64,000 nucleotides of DNA, taken from the NCBI GenBank assembly GCA_041652815.1, contig JBAZGN010000003.1, positions 65,530-129,529 of the forward strand. The letters are read 5' to 3'. Numbering within the stretch: the first letter of the stretch is position 1; each line of letters starts with the position of its first letter. The notes beneath the pieces are model-generated. The model saw only the letters and a list, made by a program, of their open reading frames with translations. It did no database searches and was not told the DNA's origin. Of the stretch, positions 10,712 to 19,503 are shown piece by piece. Position numbers and translations under genes: made by a program. This DNA is from Candidatus Omnitrophota bacterium (lineage in GTDB: Bacteria > Omnitrophota > Gorgyraeia > Duberdicusellales > 4484-171).

Positions 10712-11203
10712 TTAGCGCACGAGGAAGCGTATTTTGGCGTGCTTTGTCCCGAAAAATTCTTTCGTAAAGTTTGCCGCAAGACGATGGTTGTAAGGTTTGC
10801 AGGAAAAGATATTAATGTAGGATTTACGCCAATACTCGGAGAAATGCCCGGTAATTGAACTGGTCTCGATAAATTGCAAAAGCGAATAACCTTTTGTTTG
10901 AGGCTTTTCAAGCCCAAAATAAGGTAATTGAACCTTACCATACTTTTTCATCTTAATAAGCTTACAGAGTTTATTAACATACTCGGCGAGCTTCTTCTTT
11001 GAGCGCATAACCGACAGGTCACACTCGGAAAGATCCATGACCAATTCATATCCAAATACTTTTTTTTCCATTTCTTCTATTCTCCTTTTTAAACCATTTG
11101 CAAGCTCGCGTTTTTCTAACACACAAGTCAAGCTGCGTTCACTAGAAAGAGGGTACATTAAATTTGTGCTTTCTTCGCTTACTAAATATTTTTGTGCTGC
11201 CAT
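10712..11203 (-). CDS. S-adenosylmethionine decarboxylase-fold (pyruvoyl-enzyme family) protein, possibly a neofunctionalised decarboxylase
   Basis: By-eye alignment to the small bacterial/archaeal AdoMetDC gives GYELVMDLSECD (cf. LVAEFYECD) and FIETSSITGHFSEYW...IFSCKP (cf. ISESHLTIHTWPEY...LFTCG). The expected Glu-Ser processing dipeptide reads Glu-Thr-Ser. Confidence 0.5.
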   Translation of the reverse strand: MAAQKYLVSEESTNLMYPLSSERSLTCVLEKRELANGLKRRIEEMEKKVFGYELVMDLSECDLSVMRSKKKLAEYVNKLCKLIKMKKYGKVQLPYFGLEKPQTKGYSLLQFIETSSITGHFSEYWRKSYINIFSCKPYNHRLAANFTKEFFGTKHAKIRFLVR

Positions 11204-11297
11204 TTTTATTTTTTTGCCTTTCGAATGCTCGTTCGTACTTTAAAAAAATTCAGTTAGTTTTTTATAACATATTTTCACAGTCTTTGCAAGATTTTTT

Positions 11298-12569
11298 TTA
11301 AAATACTTTCAAAACTTTTTTCAAGCAACTTTCAGGACGAAAAAAATTTTTGATTCCGGTTTCACAAATTTCTGTCGGTAAACCCATTATGTTTAATAAT
11401 TCGATAAACGGGTCAGGATTAAGTTCTTCAACGTTAACCATGGTTTTAACATCCCATGCGCCCTGCGCTATTAACATAGCTGCTGCAACCGGAGGAACAC
11501 CCGCAGTATAGGAAATTGCCTGCGATTCAACTTCTTTAAAGCATTCAGCATGGTCGCAAACATTATATATAAAAATTTCCTTATTTTTTCCGTCTTTTTT
11601 TCCTTTGATAAGATTCCCAATGCAGGTTTTGCCGGTGTAATTAGGAGCAAGCGAGGAGGGATCCGGTAAAATCGCTTTTAGAACTTTTAGCGGAACTACT
11701 TCAACGCCCTCTGCAGTTTTTATAGGCTTTTCTGATGTCAAACCAAGATTAGTCAGGACACTAAAAACATTGATATAGTGGTCACTGAAACCCATCCAAA
11801 ACCGGATACTTTTAGCGTCTATATTTTTCGACAAAGAATGAATCTCGTCGTGGCCGTTTAAATACACGGTTTGCTTGCCCACAACAGGAAAATCATATAC
11901 TCTTTTTATCGAATGTACTTTCTCCATCACCCATTTCCTGTCAATCCAGGTCCAGACCTTTTTGAATTCCCTGAAATTTATTTCCGGGTCGAAGTTAGTT
12001 GCGAAATATTTGCCGTGGCTTCCGGCATTTACATCCAATATATCAATTGTATCGATTTTATCGAAATAATGCTTAACGGCATACGCACAATAAGCATTTA
12101 CCACCCCGGGGTCAAACCCTGCACCTAAAATTGCTGTAATACCAGCCTCTTTGCATCGGTCTTTTCTCTTCCATTCATAATTTGCATACCAAGGCGGGTC
12201 TTCGCACACTTTATTTGGTTCTTCATGTATTGCAGTATCCATATACGCAACACCCGCCTGGATGCAGGCCTCAAGTACCGACATATTCACATAAGCTTGC
12301 GCAAGATTAATTACAATTTCTGAATTTGTTTCTTTTATTAGTTTTATAGTAGCGGGAATATCCAGAACGTTTATCTGGCGTGAATATAATTTTTTGGTTT
12401 TGTTTTTTATATTGTTTTTTCTTTTAACGCTTTCAATTATTGCATCGCATTTACCTATCGTCCTGGATGCGATACAAATATCCCCTAAGACATCATTGTT
12501 CTGGGCGCATTTATGCGTAGCCACCTCGGCAACACCCCCAGCGCCAATAATCAGTACATTCTTTTTCAT
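11298..12569 (-). CDS. Carboxynorspermidine dehydrogenase/synthase (saccharopine dehydrogenase family)
   Basis: 423 aa with an N-terminal Rossmann motif VLIIGAGGVA and the length and composition typical of CANSDH. It sits adjacent to nspC. Confidence 0.75.
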   Translation of the reverse strand: MKKNVLIIGAGGVAEVATHKCAQNNDVLGDICIASRTIGKCDAIIESVKRKNNIKNKTKKLYSRQINVLDIPATIKLIKETNSEIVINLAQAYVNMSVLEACIQAGVAYMDTAIHEEPNKVCEDPPWYANYEWKRKDRCKEAGITAILGAGFDPGVVNAYCAYAVKHYFDKIDTIDILDVNAGSHGKYFATNFDPEINFREFKKVWTWIDRKWVMEKVHSIKRVYDFPVVGKQTVYLNGHDEIHSLSKNIDAKSIRFWMGFSDHYINVFSVLTNLGLTSEKPIKTAEGVEVVPLKVLKAILPDPSSLAPNYTGKTCIGNLIKGKKDGKNKEIFIYNVCDHAECFKEVESQAISYTAGVPPVAAAMLIAQGAWDVKTMVNVEELNPDPFIELLNIMGLPTEICETGIKNFFRPESCLKKVLKVF

Positions 12570-12594
12570 TTTATTTTATCCTCCTGCTTGATAA

Positions 12595-12691
12595 TGTTAC
12601 GAAGGTTACGGATGTTACGGGAAGTTACAAAAGTTACATTGAAAACATTGCGATCTATTACAACCTTCGTAACCTGCGTAACTTTCGTAAC
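12595..12691 (-). promoter_or_regulatory. Structured inter-cistronic leader with an inverted array of GUUACG repeats (5 x GTTAC, then 3 x CGTAAC on the + strand)
   Basis: GTTAC occurs at 12595, 12606, 12615, 12625 and 12634, giving a 9-10 nt period. CGTAAC occurs at 12668, 12677 and 12686. The two arms are complementary (GTTACGAAGGTTACG versus CGTAACCTTCGTAAC) and flank the CANSDH RBS (cctcct at 12581-12586). Confidence 0.5.
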
Positions 12692-12692
12692 T

Positions 12693-12722
12693 TAATTCTT
12701 CCGCCGAAGGCGGAAGAATTAA
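12693..12722 (-). other. Perfect GC-rich palindromic hairpin between nspC and the CANSDH gene
   Basis: The sequence TTAATTCTTCCGCC-GAAG-GGCGGAAGAATTAA forms a 13-bp stem. It is not followed by a U-tract on either strand, so it looks more like an mRNA processing or stability element than an intrinsic terminator. Confidence 0.55.
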
Positions 12723-12731
12723 CGTAACCGT

Positions 12732-13850
12732 TCATGATAAACTATTTACAAAATCTTTATATTTAAAATTACGGATTATATCAATTGCGCCATTTAGCCG
12801 TTTTACGACAATCGAAGGCATTGAAAGGCCGTTAAACCAATTCTTTTTAACCATGGTGTAACCGGCAACATCATTAATCCGTAATATATTGCCTATCTTT
12901 AAGCGAGTTTTGAACCGATACGTGCCAAACACATCGCCAGCTAAGCAAGAGCGGCCCGCAATCTGATACCTGAAACGGCCGGTATCTTCGGATTTTATTT
13001 TTGCACTAAGCCGATAGGTGAGCAAATCCAGCATATGTGCTTCGATAGAGGAATCAACTATTGCAATATCTATACCATTATAAATGATATCCAATACTTT
13101 TGTTACAAGCTCAGCTGATTGTGTAATAACTGCTTCGCCCGGTTCAAAATATACCTGCACGGAGAATTTCTTACTGAACTCATTTATTTTCTTGCAAAAT
13201 TTATCCACCGGATAACCGCCTCTAGTAAAATAAATACCTCCGCCAAAGCTGACCCATTTTAATTCTTTCAGAAAATCCGCATACTTGCGGCTTATAAAAT
13301 CAAGGTTTGAAGAAAAATTCTCAAAATCGCTGTTTTCACAATTGAAATGAAACATAACCCCGTTTATTGACGGTAATATTTTAAATAATGCTTTTCTATC
13401 TGTTACGCCAAGCCGGCTATAACGGCGAGCGGGATTGGCCAAATCAAAGCAAGAAAAGCTTACGCCGGGATTAACCCTTAAACCAATTTCTGTATTGCCT
13501 GCATATCGCCGAAACATCAAAAGCTGAGATATGGAATTAAAAATAATTTTATCGGCATATCGCCTTACCTGCCTTATTTCACGAGATGAATATGCCACAC
13601 TATAAGCATGGACTTCTTTTTTAAATTTCTCATATCCTAAACGCGCTTCGTATAACGAGCTGCTGGTTGTTCCATCCAAGTACTTGCGCATAAGAGGAAA
13701 GACGCTCCAGGCAGAAAAACATTTTAGCGCCAAAACAAATTTTGCGCCGCACGATTTTTTTATGTGATCGATTGTTTTTAAATTTTTTAATAATTTACTT
13801 TCGTAAATTAGGTAGTATGGCGTTGTTAAATTTATATTTTTGTTTGACAT
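12732..13850 (-). CDS. nspC: Carboxynorspermidine decarboxylase (PLP-dependent, alanine racemase-fold decarboxylase)
   Basis: 372 aa whose N-terminus (TPYYLIYESKLLKNL...KFVLALKCFSAWSVFPLMRKYLDGTTSSSLYEARLG) matches the NspC/CANSDC family. Confidence 0.8.
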   Translation of the reverse strand: MSNKNINLTTPYYLIYESKLLKNLKTIDHIKKSCGAKFVLALKCFSAWSVFPLMRKYLDGTTSSSLYEARLGYEKFKKEVHAYSVAYSSREIRQVRRYADKIIFNSISQLLMFRRYAGNTEIGLRVNPGVSFSCFDLANPARRYSRLGVTDRKALFKILPSINGVMFHFNCENSDFENFSSNLDFISRKYADFLKELKWVSFGGGIYFTRGGYPVDKFCKKINEFSKKFSVQVYFEPGEAVITQSAELVTKVLDIIYNGIDIAIVDSSIEAHMLDLLTYRLSAKIKSEDTGRFRYQIAGRSCLAGDVFGTYRFKTRLKIGNILRINDVAGYTMVKKNWFNGLSMPSIVVKRLNGAIDIIRNFKYKDFVNSLS

Positions 13851-14033
13851 TTGTTTATAATATCAATGTAACAATATTTAATTGGTCTTGCAAGATTTTT
13901 TTTAACAATTTTAGAAAAAATATTTTTTGGTTTTATTTTTTGAGTAATAAAAGTTTGCTTGAGATATACTTCTGTTTTTGCTACAATCTACATAGCCTTT
14001 AGTCTTCGGTATTTTGCTTTTGGTGTTATTAGT

Positions 14034-14106
14034 GCCCACGTAGCTCAGTTGGTAGAGCAGCGCTTTCGTAAAGCGCAGGTCGGAGGTTCGACCCCTCTCG
14101 TGGGCT
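14034..14106 (+). tRNA. tRNA-Thr (anticodon CGT)
   Basis: Manual cloverleaf folding gives an acceptor stem GCCCACG/CGTGGGC, a D-arm GCTC-AGTTGGTA-GAGC and an anticodon stem GCGCT/AGCGC. The anticodon loop is TTCGTAA and the T-arm is GGAGG-TTCGACC-CCTCT. Total length is 73 nt with a T discriminator. Confidence 0.85.
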
Positions 14107-14210
14107 TTTTAGCAGACAACAGAAAACAGAGTACAGAGAACAGATGGTAAGAAAAATAAAAACACCTTAAGTCGTAAATACGATTTTTTCTGTTATCTGT
14201 ATTCTGAAAT
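14107..14210. repeat. ACAGA-heptad repeat element, copy E1 (REP/MITE-like inverted repeat)
   Basis: The left arm is cagacaACAGAaaACAGAgtACAGAgaACAGAtgg and the right arm is ttCTGTtaTCTGTatTCTG. The left arm is about 85% identical to copy E2 at 20333-20369. Confidence 0.6.
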
Positions 14211-14213
14211 ATT

Positions 14214-15467
14214 ATGATACAGGGATATTTAAAAATTCTGCGGCGTAAAAATTTTGTATTTCTTTGGATAAGCCAGATTATCGCACAATTCGGAGACCGG
14301 CTTACCCAAATGGCTCTTATTGGGTTGGTTTATAAATTAAATCCCGGCTCTTCCTTGGGCCTGGCTAAAATGTTTAGCTTGGCGATAATACCGGTATTTT
14401 TAATTTCTCCTATTTCTGGTGTCTACGTTGACAGGTGGGATAAACGAAAAACTATGTATGCAAGCGATTTTCTACGCTCTCTGTGTATTTTTCTTGTACC
14501 GATTGCGGTTTCCAAATTTCATTCGATACCTTTAGTCTATTTTTTGATTTTTTTATCTTTCTGCGTTGGAAGATTTTTTATTCCCGCCAAAATGGCAGTA
14601 ATACCTTCTTTAGTTGAAAAGGAAAGTTTTTTTATGGCTAATTCTCTGGTTTCTGTAACCGCAACTATCGCGGCGGTTTTAGGATTTGGCTTCGGAGGTA
14701 TGATTGTTGAAAAATGGGGAGTTGAACAGGCATTTTTCATAAACGCCATAACATTTTTAGTTTCCGGCATATTGATAAGTATGATGCGCATGCAGGAAAA
14801 GGCAAAATTTGACCCAAAAGACATCTTAGAATTAGGAAAAGACGCAATCGTTAAAGTCAAAAATTCATTTATTTTCGAAGTGCGGGAAGGGTTAAAATAT
14901 ATATTTAGCTCCAAAGAAACACGTTATGCAGCAAAAGTACAGTTTATTCTTTTCGCATTAATCGGTTCTTTGTATACTGTTTTTATTGTTTTTATACAGC
15001 AGACGCTTTCAACCGGCACTTTTGCGCTTGGATGGCTTGCAGTTGGTTCCGGAGCCGGCCTGTTTATTGGCTCACTTTTTTACGGCAGAATCGGCTCAAA
15101 TATATCCATACAAAAAACAATAAACCTTTCCTTATTTTCTTCTAGCCTTTACTTGATTACATTTGTCTCACTTTTGAAATTTTACCCGTATAAGCTTTTC
15201 GCTTTTATTTCCTGCTTCATCCTTGGCCTGATTGCCTCCCCGGTAGTCATTGCCGTAAATACTTTAATCCACAATGAAAGTGAGAACAAATTCTGGGGTA
15301 GAATTTTTAGCTCGCTGGAAATAATAATCCATATCGCTTTTATTATTTTTATGTTTATTGCTTCCTATCTTGCGGAAAAGTTCAGCCCCTTTACAATAAT
15401 TATAGCGGTAGGTATAATAACTATGATTTTATCGTATATTTTCTTAAGAGAAAAACCTGATGCTTAA
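14214..15467 (+). CDS. MFS-family transporter
   Basis: 417 aa with about 12 predicted TM helices and MFS-like loop motifs (GVYVDRWDKRK). Confidence 0.7.
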   Translation: MIQGYLKILRRKNFVFLWISQIIAQFGDRLTQMALIGLVYKLNPGSSLGLAKMFSLAIIPVFLISPISGVYVDRWDKRKTMYASDFLRSLCIFLVPIAVSKFHSIPLVYFLIFLSFCVGRFFIPAKMAVIPSLVEKESFFMANSLVSVTATIAAVLGFGFGGMIVEKWGVEQAFFINAITFLVSGILISMMRMQEKAKFDPKDILELGKDAIVKVKNSFIFEVREGLKYIFSSKETRYAAKVQFILFALIGSLYTVFIVFIQQTLSTGTFALGWLAVGSGAGLFIGSLFYGRIGSNISIQKTINLSLFSSSLYLITFVSLLKFYPYKLFAFISCFILGLIASPVVIAVNTLIHNESENKFWGRIFSSLEIIIHIAFIIFMFIASYLAEKFSPFTIIIAVGIITMILSYIFLREKPDA

Positions 15468-16743
15468 AATCGAAGAACACAAAGAACCCCAACACAATTT
15501 GCCTTGTGAAAATTTTATAAACCCAAAGCGGCTATACCTGCCGCTATCCCAACATACGGGAAAGCCTTCCTTAGTTTGCATAAAACCGCAAGACATAGTT
15601 GAACAGGGCCAGGTGATTGCAACTGAAGATGGCTATATTTCCAGCCGGTTACATTCGCCAAAGAAAGCAAAAATTATAGGTATTGATGACTGGTATCATC
15701 CGGTATTAAAAAGAGCGAAATGTATTATTGCTGAGCCAATAGAGGAAGAGGAACGCAAATTTACCCCGAAAAGTAAAATAGACAACCTTGACAAAGAAAC
15801 TCTCTTAAAAATAATCAAAGACTCCGGAATAGTGGGAATGGGCGGTGCAGCATTTCCCAGCCACGTAAAATTAAACCCGCCGAAAAAAATTGAAACACTA
15901 ATTGTAAACGGCTGTGAATGCGAACCATATCTTGCCTCTGATTATCGGCTTATGGTAGAAAATTTCGATGCGATATTTAGAGGGATAGAAATAGTTTGTA
16001 AAATCATTGAGCCAAAGAATGTTGTTTTTTCAGTAGAAGAAAACAAACAAGAAGCAATAAAGAAGCTGCACCTTGCGGTGAGCCTTAAAAAATATAATCT
16101 ACCCAACTTGTCTTTGGCTATACTTAAAACCGCCTATCCACAGGGGGGCGAAAAACAACTAATCTATTCACTACTCAAGCGTGAAGTTCCTTCAGGGAGG
16201 CTGCCGCTTGATGTAGGCTGTCTGGTTCATAATGTCGGAACGTTTTTTGCTATTTACGAAGCAGTTTATCTTGATAAGCCTCTCATTGAAAGAGTGGTTA
16301 CTTTTGCCGGAGATGCATTGGTATCGCCTAAAAATATACGATTAAAAATCGGCACAATCTTGCGAGAGCTTTTTGATAAAAAAATATTGGAATTTAAAAC
16401 CGCGCCTTTAAAGATAATTTGCGGTGGGCCGATGATGGGGATAGCCTTAGATAGTCTTGATTACCCTATATTAAAAGGTACGGGCGGTTTTCTATTCTTA
16501 AGTAAGGATGTTTTACTGGGCACAGAAAGGCCTTGTATCCGTTGTGGCGCCTGCGTGCGTGAATGCCCGGTTTCTCTTATGCCTACCTTAATAGATTTAA
16601 CCTCAAGGAGAGAACTTTGGAAAGAATCTGCCTTATATGGCGCTACTGACTGCATAGAATGCGGAGTGTGCAATTACGTGTGCCCGACTAACAGAATGTT
16701 GTTACAATCAATAAAACGCGCAAAATTAGAAATACCCAGATGA
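15460..16743 (+). CDS. rnfC: Rnf electron-transport complex subunit C
   Basis: 427 aa with the GMGGAAFPSHVKL signature and two 4Fe-4S motifs (CIRCGACVRECP, CIECGVCNYVCP). Confidence 0.85.
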   Translation: MLKIEEHKEPQHNLPCENFINPKRLYLPLSQHTGKPSLVCIKPQDIVEQGQVIATEDGYISSRLHSPKKAKIIGIDDWYHPVLKRAKCIIAEPIEEEERKFTPKSKIDNLDKETLLKIIKDSGIVGMGGAAFPSHVKLNPPKKIETLIVNGCECEPYLASDYRLMVENFDAIFRGIEIVCKIIEPKNVVFSVEENKQEAIKKLHLAVSLKKYNLPNLSLAILKTAYPQGGEKQLIYSLLKREVPSGRLPLDVGCLVHNVGTFFAIYEAVYLDKPLIERVVTFAGDALVSPKNIRLKIGTILRELFDKKILEFKTAPLKIICGGPMMGIALDSLDYPILKGTGGFLFLSKDVLLGTERPCIRCGACVRECPVSLMPTLIDLTSRRELWKESALYGATDCIECGVCNYVCPTNRMLLQSIKRAKLEIPR

Positions 16744-17255
16744 AAGAAATGTTAAAATATAGCCTTATTCTTTGTTTTATATGCATAGCTGCCGCAGGGC
16801 TTCTTTCCGGAGTATATTCTATCACCAATCCGCGCATTGAAGCCCAAGCGCAAGCCGAAATTAAAACAAGCTTAAAGCAGGTCTTGCCACAGGCAGCCAC
16901 ATTTGAACCGATTGTGGAAAACAAGGAAATTTTATATTATAAAGCTCGCAATGCAAAAAAAGAAATTATTGGTGTTGTTTTTACTGCAATAGCCAAGGGG
17001 TACTCAAGTGCAATAGAAACAATGGCAGCAATGACACCTAATGGCGAAATAATTGCAATAAAAGTAATTGCTCAAAATGAAACCCCTGGTTTAGGCACGC
17101 GCATAACAGAAAAAGAATTCACCAGTCGATTCGCAAAGAAATCAATTGACGAATTATCTAAAGTTTCTACGATAAGCGGGGCTACCATATCTTCAAGCAG
17201 CGTTATAACATCTATAAAACAAAAAGGCGAGGAAATTAGAAAATATTTAAAATGA
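16740..17255 (+). CDS. rnfG: Rnf complex subunit G (FMN-binding)
   Basis: 171 aa with a single N-terminal TM helix, an FMN_bind domain (ETPGLG) and the covalent-FMN motif TISGATISS. Confidence 0.75.
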   Translation: MKEMLKYSLILCFICIAAAGLLSGVYSITNPRIEAQAQAEIKTSLKQVLPQAATFEPIVENKEILYYKARNAKKEIIGVVFTAIAKGYSSAIETMAAMTPNGEIIAIKVIAQNETPGLGTRITEKEFTSRFAKKSIDELSKVSTISGATISSSSVITSIKQKGEEIRKYLK

Positions 17256-18214
17256 AAAACCTTACCGCATCATATTCACCTCATCTGCACACAAAAGAAT
17301 CTTTAGAAAAAATTATGTGGTTGGTATTTATAAGCTTGATACCTTCCGGTATGGCCGGGGTTTTAATCTTTGGGATGCGGGCTTTATGGGTGATATTCTT
17401 AGGCATAATCAGCGCCATAGCCACGGAAGCTTTAATACAACTGATGGCTAAAAAGAAAGTTGCTATATCAGATGGAAGTGCAGCGCTTACCGGCCTTTTG
17501 CTTAGTTATAATCTTCCAGTTTCCAGCCCCTGGTGGCTGACCGTAACTGGCTCCTTTATAGCAGTTGCTATCGGAAAACAAATATTTGGAGGATTAGGCC
17601 AGAATATTTTTAATCCTGCTTTGGTAGGTAGAGTATTTCTTATGGCATCATGGCCCAAATATATGACTAACTTTACCAGCCCGGTAAACACACAAGCATG
17701 GTTTAAATTTTCTGGCTATGATGCTATAACTGCAGCTACGCCTTTGACTTTGATCAAAGAAGGAAAACCCCTATTGGGCATCTCATATATGGATTTATTC
17801 TTGGGAAAACACGGCGGGTGTATTGGTGAGGTATGCATATTGGCCATACTCGCCGGAGCATTATTCCTTTTGATAAAGAAATATATTTCCTGGCATATAC
17901 CCATAACATACATACTAACGGTAGCCATATTTACCTGGATATTTGGCCCGAAAGGCGCATTTAGCGGAGATTGGCTTTTCGCTATTTTGTCAGGCGGTTT
18001 AATTCTGGGGGCGTTTTTTATGGCCACAGATTATGTTACTTCACCGTTAACCAGAAAAGGGCAACTCATTTTTGGCGTTGGTTGTGGCGTGCTTACCGCA
18101 GTTATCAGGCTTTGGGGAGGTTACCCTGAAGGTGCCTCTTACGCTATTTTAATAATGAACGCAACCACTCCTATTATTGACCGTTATACTAAAAATCGTA
18201 TTTTTGGAAAATGA
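17252..18214 (+). CDS. rnfD: Rnf complex subunit D
   Basis: 320-aa polytopic NqrB/RnfD-like protein with the N-terminal SPHLHT motif. Confidence 0.8.
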   Translation: MKNLTASYSPHLHTKESLEKIMWLVFISLIPSGMAGVLIFGMRALWVIFLGIISAIATEALIQLMAKKKVAISDGSAALTGLLLSYNLPVSSPWWLTVTGSFIAVAIGKQIFGGLGQNIFNPALVGRVFLMASWPKYMTNFTSPVNTQAWFKFSGYDAITAATPLTLIKEGKPLLGISYMDLFLGKHGGCIGEVCILAILAGALFLLIKKYISWHIPITYILTVAIFTWIFGPKGAFSGDWLFAILSGGLILGAFFMATDYVTSPLTRKGQLIFGVGCGVLTAVIRLWGGYPEGASYAILIMNATTPIIDRYTKNRIFGK

Positions 18215-18810
18215 AAATAAACACAAAAGAATTTATTAAAGGTCTGATTAAAGAGAACCCCACATTCGTTCTGGCGTTAGGCTTATGCCCAACATTAGCA
18301 GTTTCAACTTCGCTGAGCAACGGCCTTGGCATGGGGATAGCTGCTACTTTTGTTTTACTGGGTTCCAATATAATTATATCATTAATAAAAAACCTTGTGC
18401 CGAACAAAATAAGGATTCCTTGCTATATAGTTGTTATTGCAACATTTGTTACTATCGCGGAGCTTACCATGAAAGCTTATAGCCCCGCACTAAATCGCGC
18501 TTTGGGAATTTATGTTCCTTTAATTGTGGTAAATTGTATTGTCCTCGGACGCGCTGAAGCTTATGCCTCAAAAGCTTCTTTACTCAATTCAATATTAGAT
18601 GCTTTGGGCATGGGGCTGGGTTTTACCTTGGCATTACTTCTAATTTCCGGCATTCGTGAGATTCTCGGTTCAGGAACATTTTTCGGCCATACCTTGATAA
18701 AAGAGTATGAGCCAATATTTCTTTTTGCTTTGCCTTCAGGTGCACTTTTAGTTATCGGCCTTTTAATGTCTTTTTTTAATATTTTAAAAGAAAGGAAGCT
18801 AAAGCAATGA
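18211..18810 (+). CDS. rnfE: Rnf complex subunit E
   Basis: 199-aa NqrD/RnfE-like membrane protein, assigned as rnfE by its position before rnfA. Confidence 0.65.
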   Translation: MKINTKEFIKGLIKENPTFVLALGLCPTLAVSTSLSNGLGMGIAATFVLLGSNIIISLIKNLVPNKIRIPCYIVVIATFVTIAELTMKAYSPALNRALGIYVPLIVVNCIVLGRAEAYASKASLLNSILDALGMGLGFTLALLLISGIREILGSGTFFGHTLIKEYEPIFLFALPSGALLVIGLLMSFFNILKERKLKQ

Positions 18811-19415
18811 ATTTAGGCCAGTATCTTTCTATTTTTATTTCCGCGGTATTTGTCTATAACGTTATTCTTTCCCGCTTCTTAGGCCTCTGTTCATTCATAG
18901 CTATCTCTAAAGAAACCAAGCCAGCTTTTGCGATGAGCTTAGCGGTAATGTTTGTAACTACAATGTCATCAATAATTACCTGGCTTATTTATAAATTTTT
19001 ACTTATTCCTTTTAATATTACCTATTTACGTACGATATCTTTCATTTTAGTTATAGCGACATTCGTGCAACTAGTAGAAATGATTATCAAAAAAATCAGC
19101 CCGCCAATGTATAGATTTTTCGGCATATATTTGCCGCTCATTACGGTAAATTGCGCAGTGCTTGGAGTGGCAGTCCTTAACATTGATATGTTTTTTACAA
19201 ACGGCAAAGCTATGCCTGGTAGTTTTTATTATTCGGTTTTTCAAGGTATTTGCGTAGGGTTAGGCTATACGATAGCCATGGTTTTAATGTCCGGCATAAG
19301 GGAACGGCTTGAATTTTGCACTGTGCCTAAATGCGTTAAAGATTTTCCTCTTGGTTTTATTATTGCATCAATTATGAGCATGAGTTTTTTTGGTTTTAAT
19401 GGGTTTAGGTTCTGA
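18807..19415 (+). CDS. rnfA: Rnf complex subunit A
   Basis: 202-aa NqrE/RnfA-like membrane protein that is paralogous to the preceding gene. Confidence 0.65.
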   Translation: MNLGQYLSIFISAVFVYNVILSRFLGLCSFIAISKETKPAFAMSLAVMFVTTMSSIITWLIYKFLLIPFNITYLRTISFILVIATFVQLVEMIIKKISPPMYRFFGIYLPLITVNCAVLGVAVLNIDMFFTNGKAMPGSFYYSVFQGICVGLGYTIAMVLMSGIRERLEFCTVPKCVKDFPLGFIIASIMSMSFFGFNGFRF

Positions 19416-19503
19416 AATTTTATCCGCCTGCACCATTTGTTAGGATAGTAATAGCTATGACGGGCTTGCTCCTACGCTAAAGCTTCAGAGGACAAGCCGG
19501 CGG

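Noticed and set aside
13742-14150. Small ORFs (86 aa and 63 aa) in the ORF track upstream of and across the tRNA
   Set aside because: They lie in the promoter or leader region. The 63-aa ORF is simply a translation of the tRNA-Thr sequence (…AHVAQLVEQRFRKAQVGGSTPLVGF…), so they are spurious.
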